Assembly (NCBI GenBank): GCA_038321985.1
Contig: JBBQFN010000016.1
Coordinates: 1 to 64,000 of the forward strand
Length of the DNA: 64,000 nucleotides
From: Cyanophyceae cyanobacterium
GTDB taxonomy: Bacteria; Cyanobacteriota; Cyanobacteriia; Cyanobacteriales; Laspinemataceae
Reading direction: 5' to 3'
Below, piece by piece: positions 21,278-31,944 of the stretch. Numbering within the stretch: the first letter of the stretch is position 1; every line of letters begins with the position of its first letter. The notes beneath the pieces were generated by a model, which was not told the origin of the DNA, made no database searches, and saw nothing but the letters and a program-made list of their open reading frames with translations. The position numbers and the translations under genes were made by a program.

Positions 21278-22075
21278 ATGCAGACAGAAGAATTTATTTT
21301 AAATTATGGCGCGTTATTGAATCCTTGGCTGGTAGCAGTGGGATTAAATACGGTTTTGTTAACGATTGTTTATTTTTTACCCAAAAAGTTGTTAACTCCG
21401 GCAGGAATTATCCAGGCTTGGATTTTGGGGGTGCTGATTTGGGGGGCCTTGGGTTGGCCCGGATATGTGGTGGTTGGGTTTTATTTTATTGTGGGTTCGG
21501 CGGTAACGCGCCTTGGGATGGCGCAGAAAGAGGCGGAGGGAATTGCCGAGAAGCGATCGGGTGCCAGAGGGCCAGAAAATGTCTGGGGTTCGGCATTGAC
21601 AGCAGCGGTTTGCGCCGTGGGAGTATTGATCGTGCAAGGGTTGGATTGGGCGATCGCGGAAGTGGTGCCGTTGCTGTTATTGGGCTATGTGGCGAGTTTT
21701 AGTACCAAGTTATCGGATACGACGGCGAGTGAGGTAGGGAAGGTTTACGGCAAGCGGACGTTTTTGATTACGACTTTGCAACCTGTGCCGAAGGGGACCG
21801 AGGGGGCAGTTTCTCTGGAGGGGACGATCGCCGGGGTGGTGGCATCGGTGGTAGTTGCCTTGGTGGGGTATATGGTGGGGTTGATTGATGTGACGGGGGT
21901 GGGGTTATGTGTGATTGCGGCGTTTATTGCCACGAGTTTAGAGAGTGTGATTGGGGCGACGATTCAGGAACAAGTGAGTTGGATGACAAATGAGGTGGTG
22001 AATATTATTAATACAACGATTGGGGCGATCGCCGCAGTCGGACTGGCGATCGCCTTGAAATCGGTGTTGGGTTAA
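21278..22075 (+). CDS. DUF92 / TIGR00297 membrane protein (VTE6-like)
   Basis: AEKRSGARGPENVWGS, KLSDTTASEVGK, GTEGAVSLEGT. Confidence 0.9.
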   Translation: MQTEEFILNYGALLNPWLVAVGLNTVLLTIVYFLPKKLLTPAGIIQAWILGVLIWGALGWPGYVVVGFYFIVGSAVTRLGMAQKEAEGIAEKRSGARGPENVWGSALTAAVCAVGVLIVQGLDWAIAEVVPLLLLGYVASFSTKLSDTTASEVGKVYGKRTFLITTLQPVPKGTEGAVSLEGTIAGVVASVVVALVGYMVGLIDVTGVGLCVIAAFIATSLESVIGATIQEQVSWMTNEVVNIINTTIGAIAAVGLAIALKSVLG

Positions 22076-22165
22076 AGGGAGGGAGATTTTGAACCGCTAA
22101 GACTCATTTTTTCATGCGGTTTATACTCGGTGATCGCATTAATGGGTAGAAAAATCTCACCCCAG

Positions 22166-25100
22166 CTAAGTCAAGGGAAGAAAATACTCAGCAACCATCG
22201 TCTCCGGTTCTATTCCCTTGGCGATCGCCAGGATTTCATCTCCCACAGCAATGGCTGTTCCACAATTGGAGGAGTAGAAATTAAGCAGATCGAAGGTTAA
22301 CCCTTCCGCTAAAACAAACCAGTCTTCTCCTGGAGTAAAATCGCTAATAGTATCGGTGCCGTAACCCGCGCGCAGCATAAAGCGATCGCGTCCTGCACCG
22401 CCCGTTAAGGTATCATTTCCTAAGTCTCCACAGAGGAAATCGTCCCCGTCACTGCCATAGAGGAGGTCGTCATCTTTGCCGCCATACAAAGTATCCTTAC
22501 CATTGCCACCGATGAGGGTATCGTTGCCTTCATTCCCTTCTAACCAATCATCCCCATCCCCGCCACAGATAAAGTCGCGATCGCTATCAGGACCCAACGG
22601 CGCATCACTGCCGATTCCCCCTCGGATGGTATCGTTGCCATCCTCACCATACAGGGTATCATCGCCTAAGTCTCCGAATAAAAGGTCATCTCCAGAGGAC
22701 CCGCACACAATATCATTATCTTTGCCGCCATATATGATATCGTTACCCTCGCCACCCTCTAGGGTATCGTCCCCTTGATTGCCGTTGATCAAGTCATTAC
22801 CATCACCGCCATAAATCAAGTCTCGTCCGCCAATATCGGGGACATCGGGATCGCTGGTTCCTCCGAATAAAGTATCATCCCCTTGATCTCCGATTAGGAT
22901 ATCGTTCCCCAAATCCCCGTAAATCAGGTCATTATCTTTACCCCCGTAAGCGATATCGTCATCTTTGCCAGCGTAGATGATATCGTCGCCTTCGTTGCCA
23001 TTGATGATGTCATTGCCTCGGTTACCGAAGATTAAATCGCGATCGCCCTCGGTGCCGATGGGGGTTTCACTGCCATTTCCCCCGAGAATGGTGTCATTGC
23101 CGAGGTCACCATACAAGATATCGTTATCTAGGTTGCCAAAGATCAGATCATCATCTTTGCCACCGTAAATAAGATCATTTTCTCTGCCACCATAGAGGGT
23201 ATCGTTGCCTTCGTTGCCATTAATAAAATCGTTGCCTTTGCCGCCTTCAATGCGATCGCGATCGGTCCCGGGACCTACCGGGCGATCGCTGCCGACGCCT
23301 CCGAGTATATAATCATCCCCGGTATCGCCATAGAGAACATCGTTACCGCCTTTCCCCCAGAGAAAATCATTTCCAGCAAACCCGAGTATCCCTTCGGGGC
23401 GATCATCTCCTATGATGACATCGTTTTCCAGGGTTCCAAAATGGAAGATTTCAACCGGGGGGCTGTCTTGGGGTCCATAAAAGATAATGTCTGGCGGGGG
23501 TGGAATCGGACATTGGCACCCGCTGTGAGGCGGTTCGCTAGGGATTGGGGTACAGGGGTCTGAATCGCTGGTACGCGGTACTTCTTGGGGGGTATTTGGA
23601 GTGATGATCGGGACAACGCCATTGTTAGAAGGATTAGGGGGTAAAGGGGTGTTCCCGCCATCGGGATCGGTACTGGGGTCGGGGTCGGGATTAGTACCTT
23701 CTCCATCGGGTTCGCCCCCAGGAATACCGCCAGGGTCTGGATTGGTGCCTTCTCCATCGGGTTCGCCCCCAGGAATACCGCCAGGGTCGGGATTGGTGCC
23801 ACCGCCAACGGGTTCGCCCCCAGGAGTACCGCCAGGGTCTGGATTGGTGCCTTCTCCATCGGGTTCGCCCCCAGGAACACCGCCAGGGTCGGGATTGGTG
23901 CCACCGCCAACGGGTTCGCCCCCAGGAATACCGCCAGGGTCGGGATTAGTGCCACCGCCACCGGGATTAGTATCTCCTTCAGGTTGAATGATTAAATCAA
24001 AGGTGTCTGTAATGGTGGCACCTGTGGTATCGGTAGCCGTGATAATAATCGGGATAGTGCCGATATCGGTTACTCCGGGAGTGCCGGTGAAGGTCCCGTC
24101 AGGATTAAAAGTTAACCAACTGGGAAGGGGTTGCCCATTGGGAAGGGTGACGGTATAGGTTAAATTATCGTTAAATTTAATATCGGCATCATCGAAGGTA
24201 TTTGGGGGAATTTGGAAGGTAAAGTCGGTTCCTGGAGTGGTGGTTTGATTTTCGATGGGATTGATGAGGACCGGGGGAGCGTTAATGTTTAAATTAACTA
24301 CGGAAGGAGTCTGGGCATAACTTGTGCCGTCAAATCCATTCCAATTAAAACTCACCGGACCATTGAAGTTTTCATCGGGAACAAAGGACAGTTTACCTAT
24401 ATTTTCTAGGGAAATTTCCCCGGGACTTTCGAGAAGATTTCCATCTAAAAACAGCGACCCGTTAGGGGGCAAAGATGTAATTAAAATCTTTTGAAGAGTA
24501 TCTCCTTCCTGGTCTAAAAATTGATTTGTAAAATACTCTGGAGTAAAGAAGAAAGGGGTATTTTTGGTGCCGGTTTGATTGATGGGTTGTAGGGTGGGTG
24601 GGCTATTGAGGCTGACGCCAAAGCTGCCGAGGGTACTGGGTGCGATCGCATTGCCGGTGGTATCGGTAACCTGGTTTCCTTGCAGGTTGACGGTATAGCT
24701 GCCGTTATCCTCACTATCCCAAGTGCCACCGGGAGGCTCGATTTGGTATGTAACCGGGATGGTGTTGAAGTTGCCGCCGATATTGGGGGCGATCGCCGTT
24801 ACGTTTAAACTCTGGCCATTAGGTCCAGTGACGATGATATCGCCAATATCCAGGGTACTCCAATCGATCGCCCGGTTATCGGTAAAGGTGACGGTGAAGC
24901 TGTAGCTTATGCCACCGGCAGTGGTGACGTCTTCAGCCACAAAGTCTTGAAAGTTCGGCAGAATCGAGTCTGTAGGGCCGGGGGAACCGATATCTAAACC
25001 GCTATTGTCCCTCTCAAAGGTACTTTCATAAGCAGTGGCGATCGCCCCAGTGGAGTTGGGCGAACCAATCACACTGGTTGCCCAATTTATACCCTGGTCG

Positions 25101-27328
25101 TTGGCCGTTGTCAAGTCCTCTAAGGTGAGATTGTTTAAATAAATTGAAGCCCCCGGCGAGTTAGAGGGCCACTGATTACCTATGTCATACGCGACTTGAT
25201 CAATTGCCGTTTGAAACCCCAACTCATAGCTACTAAAGCTGGGCCACAACCCGATGCGATCGCTTTGGTTGTCCAACGCGGGCCAATCACTAACCGGAAT
25301 CAGGGGAATATCCCCTGTATCCCACACTGCTTTAAACGACTCGGGAGACAGGGTTGCATTGTATAAAATAGCCGTTTCCCCAGGGGCGACCGCGCCTGTG
25401 GTAATATTCACCCCAGTTAGGGCTGCATTAGCATTAGCAAAGACAAATCCTGTTAAATCAAGGGTTATATCCTGACTCGGATTATAAATTTCGACCCACT
25501 CCCAGTCTGGTTCGAGACTGGCAGGGCTATACATAATTTCCGTAATCACCGGAAGCGCCTGTTCCTCATAAGCGCCGATATCGATCGCGGTGCCGACTTC
25601 GCGCCGGAATCCGAGCCCGCGTTGATCCGTTTGTAAACCCGAATTAAGCTCAGGACTGCCCAAATTAGTCGCAGGAGACCCTAAAACTAGGGCATGGGTC
25701 AAGGGAGACCCGACAGAGGCACCATTCAGCGCTAAAGTTGGATTGATGACATCATTAATGTCAATGTTACCCAGGGAGGCAAAGTTGTAATTGGTTTCAG
25801 TATTTAACCCTTGGCTGCCAGTCAAATTACCAATTAGGTTATACTCGGCATTGGTGATTTGACCGGAAACATCCCCCTGTACCATCTGAGGACTATTATC
25901 TTGATTTCCGGCAACAATGGTATGACTGAGAGTGACGTTCGTTCCATCCGTAAAGAGGCCGCCTCCGTTACCTGTACCGTTCATATCGCTATCGGCGGTA
26001 TTAAAGGCGATCGTGCTGTGATGAATAGTGAGAAGTTGTTGGCTGTAAATTCCTCCACCGTCGATCGCCGCTCGATTATTGGAAATGGTGCTATTGGTGA
26101 CTATGGCAGTACCGCCATTATTTTCAATTCCACCGCCATGATTGCCCGCTTCATTCTCGTTAAGGGTACTCCCGATTATAATTAAGTTCTCGCCATTCGT
26201 ATGACGAATTCCCCCTCCTGCATCATTTGCCGAATTTTTAGAGATGGTACTATCAATTACTGTAAGAGTCCCGTCATTATTAATCCCCCCACCGTCATCA
26301 TCAGCTCGGTTCTCGGTAATGGTACTCTGGGTTACAGTCAAGATGCCTCGATTGTAAATCCCTCCCCCATCCCTTCCATTGTTCTCAGCGGTACTATTGG
26401 CAAGCCCATTTTTAACAGTTAGATTATCAAGAGTGAGGTTAGCCCCCAAATCAACATGGAAAATCCGGAAAGCATCCTGCGCTGCCGGATCTCGAACAAT
26501 TTCGGCACCATTGCCATTAATAATCAGAGTGCTATTTGCCCCAATAACGGGTAACCCGTTGGCCCCGATGATATTATTATTGACACTTGTGAGATTATAA
26601 GTGCCGCTATTTAAATTGATAATGCTATCTTGACCATCACCATTCGCATCATTAATGGCTTTGATCAGTTGCTCAACATTTCCCGCCTCTACCGTATAAG
26701 TTGTGGCGAGGAGGGAGTTATAGTTAGCGATCGCTTCGGACTGGAAGGGCAAAGGAGTCTCAATGTTTCCCTGACTCACTTCTAGGGTCCAGTTTCCCTG
26801 CAATTCGGCACTGCCGGTTAAGTCATCCGAGGCGGCAATATCAGCCCCCGTCACCTCCGCCAATTTTTGCAGGAAAGCAATTCCGGTGTCCGATGCTCCT
26901 ACATTGCATCCATATAGCAAAATATCCGCCCCCTCCTGGAGTGCAGCCCTCAGCTTTTGCCATTGGGGAAGATAGGCATCGAGAGTGTCGGCATCCAGTT
27001 CGGTTGTGCCGAGTTGCACCTTGCCGGAACTTCCGTGAGACAGAATATGAATGCTTTCGATACCCGTTCGACCCTCGATCGCCTCGATGATTTGGTCGAT
27101 GCCATCGCGATCGCCCTCAATTGCGATTGCCTCCGTATTCGGTCCTAAAGCATCGAGTAGGGTCTGTTTGTCAGCAACCCCGGAATCGATAAATACAAGG
27201 GTTTTAGATTGGGTTGAGGAAAGGGTTTCCGGGATAGGGCGTTCTTCAGTGCGATCGGCCCTAATGCCCTCAAACCGTTTTGAAATCCTCCGTAAAATGT
27301 CAATATGTGGCAATTGTTGGTAGTTCAT
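22166..27328 (-). CDS. Large secreted/surface protein: DUF4347, beta-helix, lamin-tail-like, Ig/cadherin-like domains, Pro-Gly repeats and RTX Ca-binding repeats
   Basis: IHILSHG..LLYGCNV..AASDDLTG..W (DUF4347); GGGI repeats; ITEIMY..EWVEIYN; LPSWLTF; many GGxGxDxL nonapeptides; GTDTISDF C-terminus. Confidence 0.88.
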   Translation of the reverse strand: MNYQQLPHIDILRRISKRFEGIRADRTEERPIPETLSSTQSKTLVFIDSGVADKQTLLDALGPNTEAIAIEGDRDGIDQIIEAIEGRTGIESIHILSHGSSGKVQLGTTELDADTLDAYLPQWQKLRAALQEGADILLYGCNVGASDTGIAFLQKLAEVTGADIAASDDLTGSAELQGNWTLEVSQGNIETPLPFQSEAIANYNSLLATTYTVEAGNVEQLIKAINDANGDGQDSIINLNSGTYNLTSVNNNIIGANGLPVIGANSTLIINGNGAEIVRDPAAQDAFRIFHVDLGANLTLDNLTVKNGLANSTAENNGRDGGGIYNRGILTVTQSTITENRADDDGGGINNDGTLTVIDSTISKNSANDAGGGIRHTNGENLIIIGSTLNENEAGNHGGGIENNGGTAIVTNSTISNNRAAIDGGGIYSQQLLTIHHSTIAFNTADSDMNGTGNGGGLFTDGTNVTLSHTIVAGNQDNSPQMVQGDVSGQITNAEYNLIGNLTGSQGLNTETNYNFASLGNIDINDVINPTLALNGASVGSPLTHALVLGSPATNLGSPELNSGLQTDQRGLGFRREVGTAIDIGAYEEQALPVITEIMYSPASLEPDWEWVEIYNPSQDITLDLTGFVFANANAALTGVNITTGAVAPGETAILYNATLSPESFKAVWDTGDIPLIPVSDWPALDNQSDRIGLWPSFSSYELGFQTAIDQVAYDIGNQWPSNSPGASIYLNNLTLEDLTTANDQGINWATSVIGSPNSTGAIATAYESTFERDNSGLDIGSPGPTDSILPNFQDFVAEDVTTAGGISYSFTVTFTDNRAIDWSTLDIGDIIVTGPNGQSLNVTAIAPNIGGNFNTIPVTYQIEPPGGTWDSEDNGSYTVNLQGNQVTDTTGNAIAPSTLGSFGVSLNSPPTLQPINQTGTKNTPFFFTPEYFTNQFLDQEGDTLQKILITSLPPNGSLFLDGNLLESPGEISLENIGKLSFVPDENFNGPVSFNWNGFDGTSYAQTPSVVNLNINAPPVLINPIENQTTTPGTDFTFQIPPNTFDDADIKFNDNLTYTVTLPNGQPLPSWLTFNPDGTFTGTPGVTDIGTIPIIITATDTTGATITDTFDLIIQPEGDTNPGGGGTNPDPGGIPGGEPVGGGTNPDPGGVPGGEPDGEGTNPDPGGTPGGEPVGGGTNPDPGGIPGGEPDGEGTNPDPGGIPGGEPDGEGTNPDPDPSTDPDGGNTPLPPNPSNNGVVPIITPNTPQEVPRTSDSDPCTPIPSEPPHSGCQCPIPPPPDIIFYGPQDSPPVEIFHFGTLENDVIIGDDRPEGILGFAGNDFLWGKGGNDVLYGDTGDDYILGGVGSDRPVGPGTDRDRIEGGKGNDFINGNEGNDTLYGGRENDLIYGGKDDDLIFGNLDNDILYGDLGNDTILGGNGSETPIGTEGDRDLIFGNRGNDIINGNEGDDIIYAGKDDDIAYGGKDNDLIYGDLGNDILIGDQGDDTLFGGTSDPDVPDIGGRDLIYGGDGNDLINGNQGDDTLEGGEGNDIIYGGKDNDIVCGSSGDDLLFGDLGDDTLYGEDGNDTIRGGIGSDAPLGPDSDRDFICGGDGDDWLEGNEGNDTLIGGNGKDTLYGGKDDDLLYGSDGDDFLCGDLGNDTLTGGAGRDRFMLRAGYGTDTISDFTPGEDWFVLAEGLTFDLLNFYSSNCGTAIAVGDEILAIAKGIEPETMVAEYFLPLT
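23686..23970 (-). repeat. In-frame 51-bp tandem repeat, about 5.5 units, encoding G(G/E)GTNPDPGGxPGGEP(V/D)
   Basis: Near-identical GGGTTCGCCCCCAGGA..CCGCCAGGGTC units. Confidence 0.9.
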
Positions 27329-27817
27329 CGAAAATACATCCCCGCAAAGATAGTGATAGCCATCGTCTTGAACTCGGGACCCCCGTATAATTACTAGGCC
27401 CTTTAGTCCTTTCTAACTTAAGGTTCGACTAATTCTTGGACAAATAAAAAGTTGTTACTATCTAGTATAGTCAGTAGATACACGAGGAGGGGTCGTACCC
27501 CCCAAGCAATCTGTCTAAAGGAATATTTGAATCCGTCAAAAACCCTCCCTTGAGTCAAAACTGGACCTCCCTCCTCAACGCTTAGGGGTGCAAATGGTTT
27601 CTCACGGGAATGATCGGGGGATAGGCAAGAGAGATTACCCAGTCCCTGAAGAATTCTTACGGATCCAACCTAAAATAAAAGCAATGCCTTTGGGGAAACA
27701 TTCCCAAGGGGACCCTTGGGGGGAAGGATTGGGGGCTAACCGACTATCCCTCCCTGCTGCGATCGCCGGATCAGCAGCCATCCAGTGTATAGAATCAGGA
27801 GACTCTCTCACTCAACG

Positions 27818-28507
27818 ATGAAACCCTATCAAAAAATTCCCATTCTCGACTGTGGCGAACCCTTGGTGGCAATTCCGGGGGGTCTGTTTGCGCTGGTGTT
27901 GCCTCATCCTTACGAAACCTTGGGCGCACCCTATGGAGGGCGATCGCCTTTTTATCTGCGACAAGGGGTACTGACGGGTTTAATCCAAGCACAAACCTAC
28001 CTCCAGCAGGAGTACCCGCACTGGCAGATTTCAATTTTTGATGCCTATCGCCCTGTGGCGGTGCAACAATTTATGGTAGAATACGCTTTTACGGAACAAG
28101 TGAGATTGCGGGGATTAAATCCGGAGGAGTTAAGCGCATCTGAACGCCAAGAGATTTTAGCACAAGTGTATCAATTTTGGGCAGTCCCCAGTCTGGATCC
28201 GGCGATACCGCCTCCTCATGCTACAGGCGCGGCAGTGGATGTCATGTTGGTAGATGAGGGGGGTATGATAGTCGAGATGGGGTCGCCCATTGATGAAATT
28301 TCACCGCGATCGCATCCCAATTATTTTGCCAATAGCAGCAGTCGCCCTCAACAAGACTATCACGAACATCGGCAAATTTTAGCATCTGTCATGGAACTGG
28401 CAGGGTTTGCTCAACATCCCAATGAATGGTGGCATTTCTGCAAGGGGGATCAAATGTGGGCATGGTTAACCCAAGAGGCGATCGCTTCTTATGGCAGAGT
28501 GGAGTAA
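27818..28507 (+). CDS. D-alanyl-D-alanine dipeptidase (M15D/VanX-like)
   Basis: FDAYRP, PPHATGAAVD, NEWWHF. Confidence 0.9.
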   Translation: MKPYQKIPILDCGEPLVAIPGGLFALVLPHPYETLGAPYGGRSPFYLRQGVLTGLIQAQTYLQQEYPHWQISIFDAYRPVAVQQFMVEYAFTEQVRLRGLNPEELSASERQEILAQVYQFWAVPSLDPAIPPPHATGAAVDVMLVDEGGMIVEMGSPIDEISPRSHPNYFANSSSRPQQDYHEHRQILASVMELAGFAQHPNEWWHFCKGDQMWAWLTQEAIASYGRVE

Positions 28508-28576
28508 ACCCACAACAACCCGGCGGATTGTTGCGGGTACAAGATATCACGAAAACCAACGCCTGCCTTGGATTCA

Positions 28577-30223
28577 TTAGGGTTGAAGTTGAACGGTTTC
28601 GGCTTTTTCTATCCGCCAAATATGCCCAAAGGGATGGAGGGGATTAAGTGTATAACGAGGGTCGGAATCAATCGTCTGATACAATTCTAAGCTGGGACGG
28701 AATAAAAAGAGCGCCGTTGACTCTTCCGGGATTTCTAGGCGATCGCTATCTTCAAAGAAGAGTAACCGCACATCGGGATCGAGTTTATAACTCAAAGCTA
28801 TCAGACGACTGGCGCGATTGCTACTACCGATTACCCGGGAATTGTCCCATTGATTGACGAGTTGCGCGACTTCAACATCATAATAACAACTATACTTATG
28901 CCACCAAGTTTCCGCAGAGGAACTAATAGCACAAGAAATAATTCCCGCCGCAATCAATGCTACATAGGCACCTTGCCAGGTTCGGCGCTGTAGATTGCCT
29001 CCGGTATCGAGGCGCAACCTATCAGCGAGCAGATACGCAACGGCCAACTGTAGTGCTAAATAGGAGGGGAAAAGGTAACGAGCAATCCCCGATCGCTGCC
29101 CCCCGGAAAGGATGTCATATAGCATTAAAAACAAGCCATTGGCGGCAATTGATGTCATTAAAAACCAGCCTACAGATTTCGGTGTTTTGCGAATCGTCAC
29201 CCACAGGGCGTATCCTACCAATAAAATAATCGGGGCGACTGCATAACCCCAGAAATTTCCCCAAACAAGCGGAGTAAAATCTTCACCCAATTCTACATCA
29301 AAAAAACGCTGAGGATAAACAGCATGAAGGTCAAAAAATACCCCACTCAAATTAACAGCCCAACGGTTTACTAAAGCAGGGAGAGAAATTTCTCGTTCTA
29401 ACCATCCTCCCAGTCGGCTTTCATTATTTAAATAGGTAATAATCCAGGGAATTAAAAGGGCCAAACCCACTCCCGAGGAAATCAGGTAGGATTTAAACGA
29501 TTGAGTCCATTTCCACTTTTCTCGAAATCCCATATAAATTCCATGCCCGAAAAATACCAATCCTGAAATTAAATGAGAGTAGAAACCGAGAACCACCGTT
29601 CCCGCGTAAATTGCCCAACTTCCTCGGGTATTCAGACGCAGCGATCGCAACAAGGATAAACTGGAAACTAACGTAACCACTGTCCATAAACTATATTGCC
29701 GTGCTTCTTGAGCATAAAGCAAATGTAAGGGAGAAACCGCAACTAAGGACATAGCAATCCAGCCAACAAGAGGGGAAGCAAAGAGTTCTAAACTCAGCCC
29801 ATAAATTGCTGGAAATGCCAAGAGGCTTAACAGGGCTGCCAGACTACGAGTTACAGTGATTGAACTCCCAAATATCTGCATCCACAGTCGCGTTAATAGG
29901 TAATAAAGGGGAGCGTGTTCAGAATTTTCCGCTAAGGCATTCACCGTATCCCCCCACCCTTTCTCCGGCGTAAGACTCTGAAACTGATGCAACTGAGCGA
30001 TCGCGATGTTTTCCCCTATGGGGACTCTCTTATCAAGCTGGTATTTTCGGTATCCCGCCACTCTTAAGGAAGTGTGGACTTCATCCACCCAGTAAATTTT
30101 ATGGTCTAAATGATAGAATCTAAAAAATATGCCAATTGCCAGAACAACCGCGGCAAAAAAACGTAAAGCATTCCAATGAAGTTGGAGAGTTTTCATCCTT
30201 AATCCTGAAGGGTTAAAATACAA
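28577..30223 (-). CDS. GT-C fold glycosyltransferase (PMT/GT39/ArnT-like)
   Basis: YWVDE, EHAPLYY, AQEARQYS; many TM helices. Confidence 0.85.
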   Translation of the reverse strand: MYFNPSGLRMKTLQLHWNALRFFAAVVLAIGIFFRFYHLDHKIYWVDEVHTSLRVAGYRKYQLDKRVPIGENIAIAQLHQFQSLTPEKGWGDTVNALAENSEHAPLYYLLTRLWMQIFGSSITVTRSLAALLSLLAFPAIYGLSLELFASPLVGWIAMSLVAVSPLHLLYAQEARQYSLWTVVTLVSSLSLLRSLRLNTRGSWAIYAGTVVLGFYSHLISGLVFFGHGIYMGFREKWKWTQSFKSYLISSGVGLALLIPWIITYLNNESRLGGWLEREISLPALVNRWAVNLSGVFFDLHAVYPQRFFDVELGEDFTPLVWGNFWGYAVAPIILLVGYALWVTIRKTPKSVGWFLMTSIAANGLFLMLYDILSGGQRSGIARYLFPSYLALQLAVAYLLADRLRLDTGGNLQRRTWQGAYVALIAAGIISCAISSSAETWWHKYSCYYDVEVAQLVNQWDNSRVIGSSNRASRLIALSYKLDPDVRLLFFEDSDRLEIPEESTALFLFRPSLELYQTIDSDPRYTLNPLHPFGHIWRIEKAETVQLQP

Positions 30224-31944
30224 TCGGTTGATAATAGAGCGAATTCGGGAGTTTCAAACCTAGAACACCGGGTCATCAGAGTCGCGATCGCCGGTTGGAT
30301 GCCGCTTTCCATATTAGCGATCGCCTCCTGGGTAACGGAATAGGGGTTTAACCAACGATTATAAGAGAGATACCCCGGAGTAAACGCCCCTTTTTCAATC
30401 AGCCACCAATCCACTCCGTACTCCTCTAAAAAGGCCACTGTATCCGTAAGATTGGGGCTATATTGAGCTTGAATCATCCGTTCCAAACCCTGGCGAAATA
30501 TTTGATAATAGCCCCAATGATAGGGGATAGCATATTCTCTAGCTGCCAAAACTGACCGATGAGCAAATGTTGGTAAATTATTGGCTTCTTCTGACACAGA
30601 AGCAATCAGAATATCGCGAGGTTGCTGTTGCAAAAAAGCATATAATTCAGGTTGTTTTCCAATTTGATAAGAAGTCCAGGGAAAATTGTTCATCCCTAGC
30701 TGGGGATAAAACAGAAAAGCAATTGCAAACACAACTGAAATTATCCCAGCCATTACTTTTTTAGGAAAAGATTGTCCCCAGCGCCAGAGGGCATCAAATA
30801 GGAGGGTAATGGCGATCGCTGCCGCCCATGCCATCACCATCCGCAAACTATGTTGAGTATAGCGGCTGGGCAAATGCAATTTAAACAGCAAACCATGGGC
30901 TGCAAAAAACAGAATTAATGCTGCCCCAACTAAATCCAATAAAATTCGGATGCACGGTAAAACTGAGGCAGCTAAGGGAAATAACTGAGGCAACTTTAGG
31001 AGGATAGGTAACAGAAACCCTAAACTCATAATCACCGGGGTTAAAATGGCGGACAGACCAATTCCACTCCGTCCATGTAGCCAAAATGCCCAAGAATCAT
31101 TAATAAAAAATTGACTTCTACCCCCGGGCATAAACTCCGGTAATTGGCGCGCTTCTGAGGCGGAAAGGGTCGGACCAAATTCTGAGCTACTCAGGGCATA
31201 AAATAATAAAATTAAACAGGAGATTGCCAGATTACTCCCCACAAAAATTATCTTTTGACGGGGAATTTTCAGCCTAATTCTTCCCTGTTTACACTCCATC
31301 GATTGTAAAAGTAAAATTACGACAACAATTAATACATATTGGGGATAAAATAGCCCCAGTAGAGCGATAAACATTCCGGTAACTAGGGTATTTTTATGCA
31401 ATAAATAATACAAAAGTGGCAAAAATAGGGGATAAACAAATGCTTTCGGGGTTGCGGAAATCAACCCATCTTGCATCCACAAACTTTGATTGAGGAGTAA
31501 AGACGCCATAAACCCGGCAACTGGCACTGGAAACAACTCCATCGTCACTCCAAAACAGAAAGCTGTAGTGATTAATCCCAGAAATGGAGGCAACAGTTTA
31601 CTCAGCAACAACGGTGCAATTCCAACGGCTGCCATGAAACGATAAAACAGCGCATAACCGGCAGGTGCAACGGATTGAAAATAATCGGCAATTAAATCAT
31701 TAGGGAATAACCCCGGGTCCAGAAAACGTTGCATCCAAAAAACGTGCTGCCTTGCATCATCTTGCACCACTAAGTCAGCACTAAACCCTTGCTGAAGTCC
31801 CCCGACCCCGTACACCGCAGCAAATGTCAAGCTCAAACTGAACCAAAAGATCACCGCTGATTTAGGGGTATGGGGTGCGGGTGCCATGCAAAAGCGATGC
31901 AGGCGGTTCTCAAAGGCAATAGAAACAGACATGGGGGATGGCAA
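30199..31944 (-). CDS. Polytopic membrane protein, possibly GT-C-like
   Basis: VQDDARQH acidic first loop, LHLPSRY, many TM helices; adjoins the GT39 gene. Confidence 0.65.
   Translation of the reverse strand: MPSPMSVSIAFENRLHRFCMAPAPHTPKSAVIFWFSLSLTFAAVYGVGGLQQGFSADLVVQDDARQHVFWMQRFLDPGLFPNDLIADYFQSVAPAGYALFYRFMAAVGIAPLLLSKLLPPFLGLITTAFCFGVTMELFPVPVAGFMASLLLNQSLWMQDGLISATPKAFVYPLFLPLLYYLLHKNTLVTGMFIALLGLFYPQYVLIVVVILLLQSMECKQGRIRLKIPRQKIIFVGSNLAISCLILLFYALSSSEFGPTLSASEARQLPEFMPGGRSQFFINDSWAFWLHGRSGIGLSAILTPVIMSLGFLLPILLKLPQLFPLAASVLPCIRILLDLVGAALILFFAAHGLLFKLHLPSRYTQHSLRMVMAWAAAIAITLLFDALWRWGQSFPKKVMAGIISVVFAIAFLFYPQLGMNNFPWTSYQIGKQPELYAFLQQQPRDILIASVSEEANNLPTFAHRSVLAAREYAIPYHWGYYQIFRQGLERMIQAQYSPNLTDTVAFLEEYGVDWWLIEKGAFTPGYLSYNRWLNPYSVTQEAIANMESGIQPAIATLMTRCSRFETPEFALLSTDCILTLQD

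Noticed and set aside
23410..23987. Alternative-frame and antisense ORFs over the Pro-Gly repeat, and similar antisense ORFs over other genes
   Set aside because: They are by-products of repetitive or codon-biased coding sequence.
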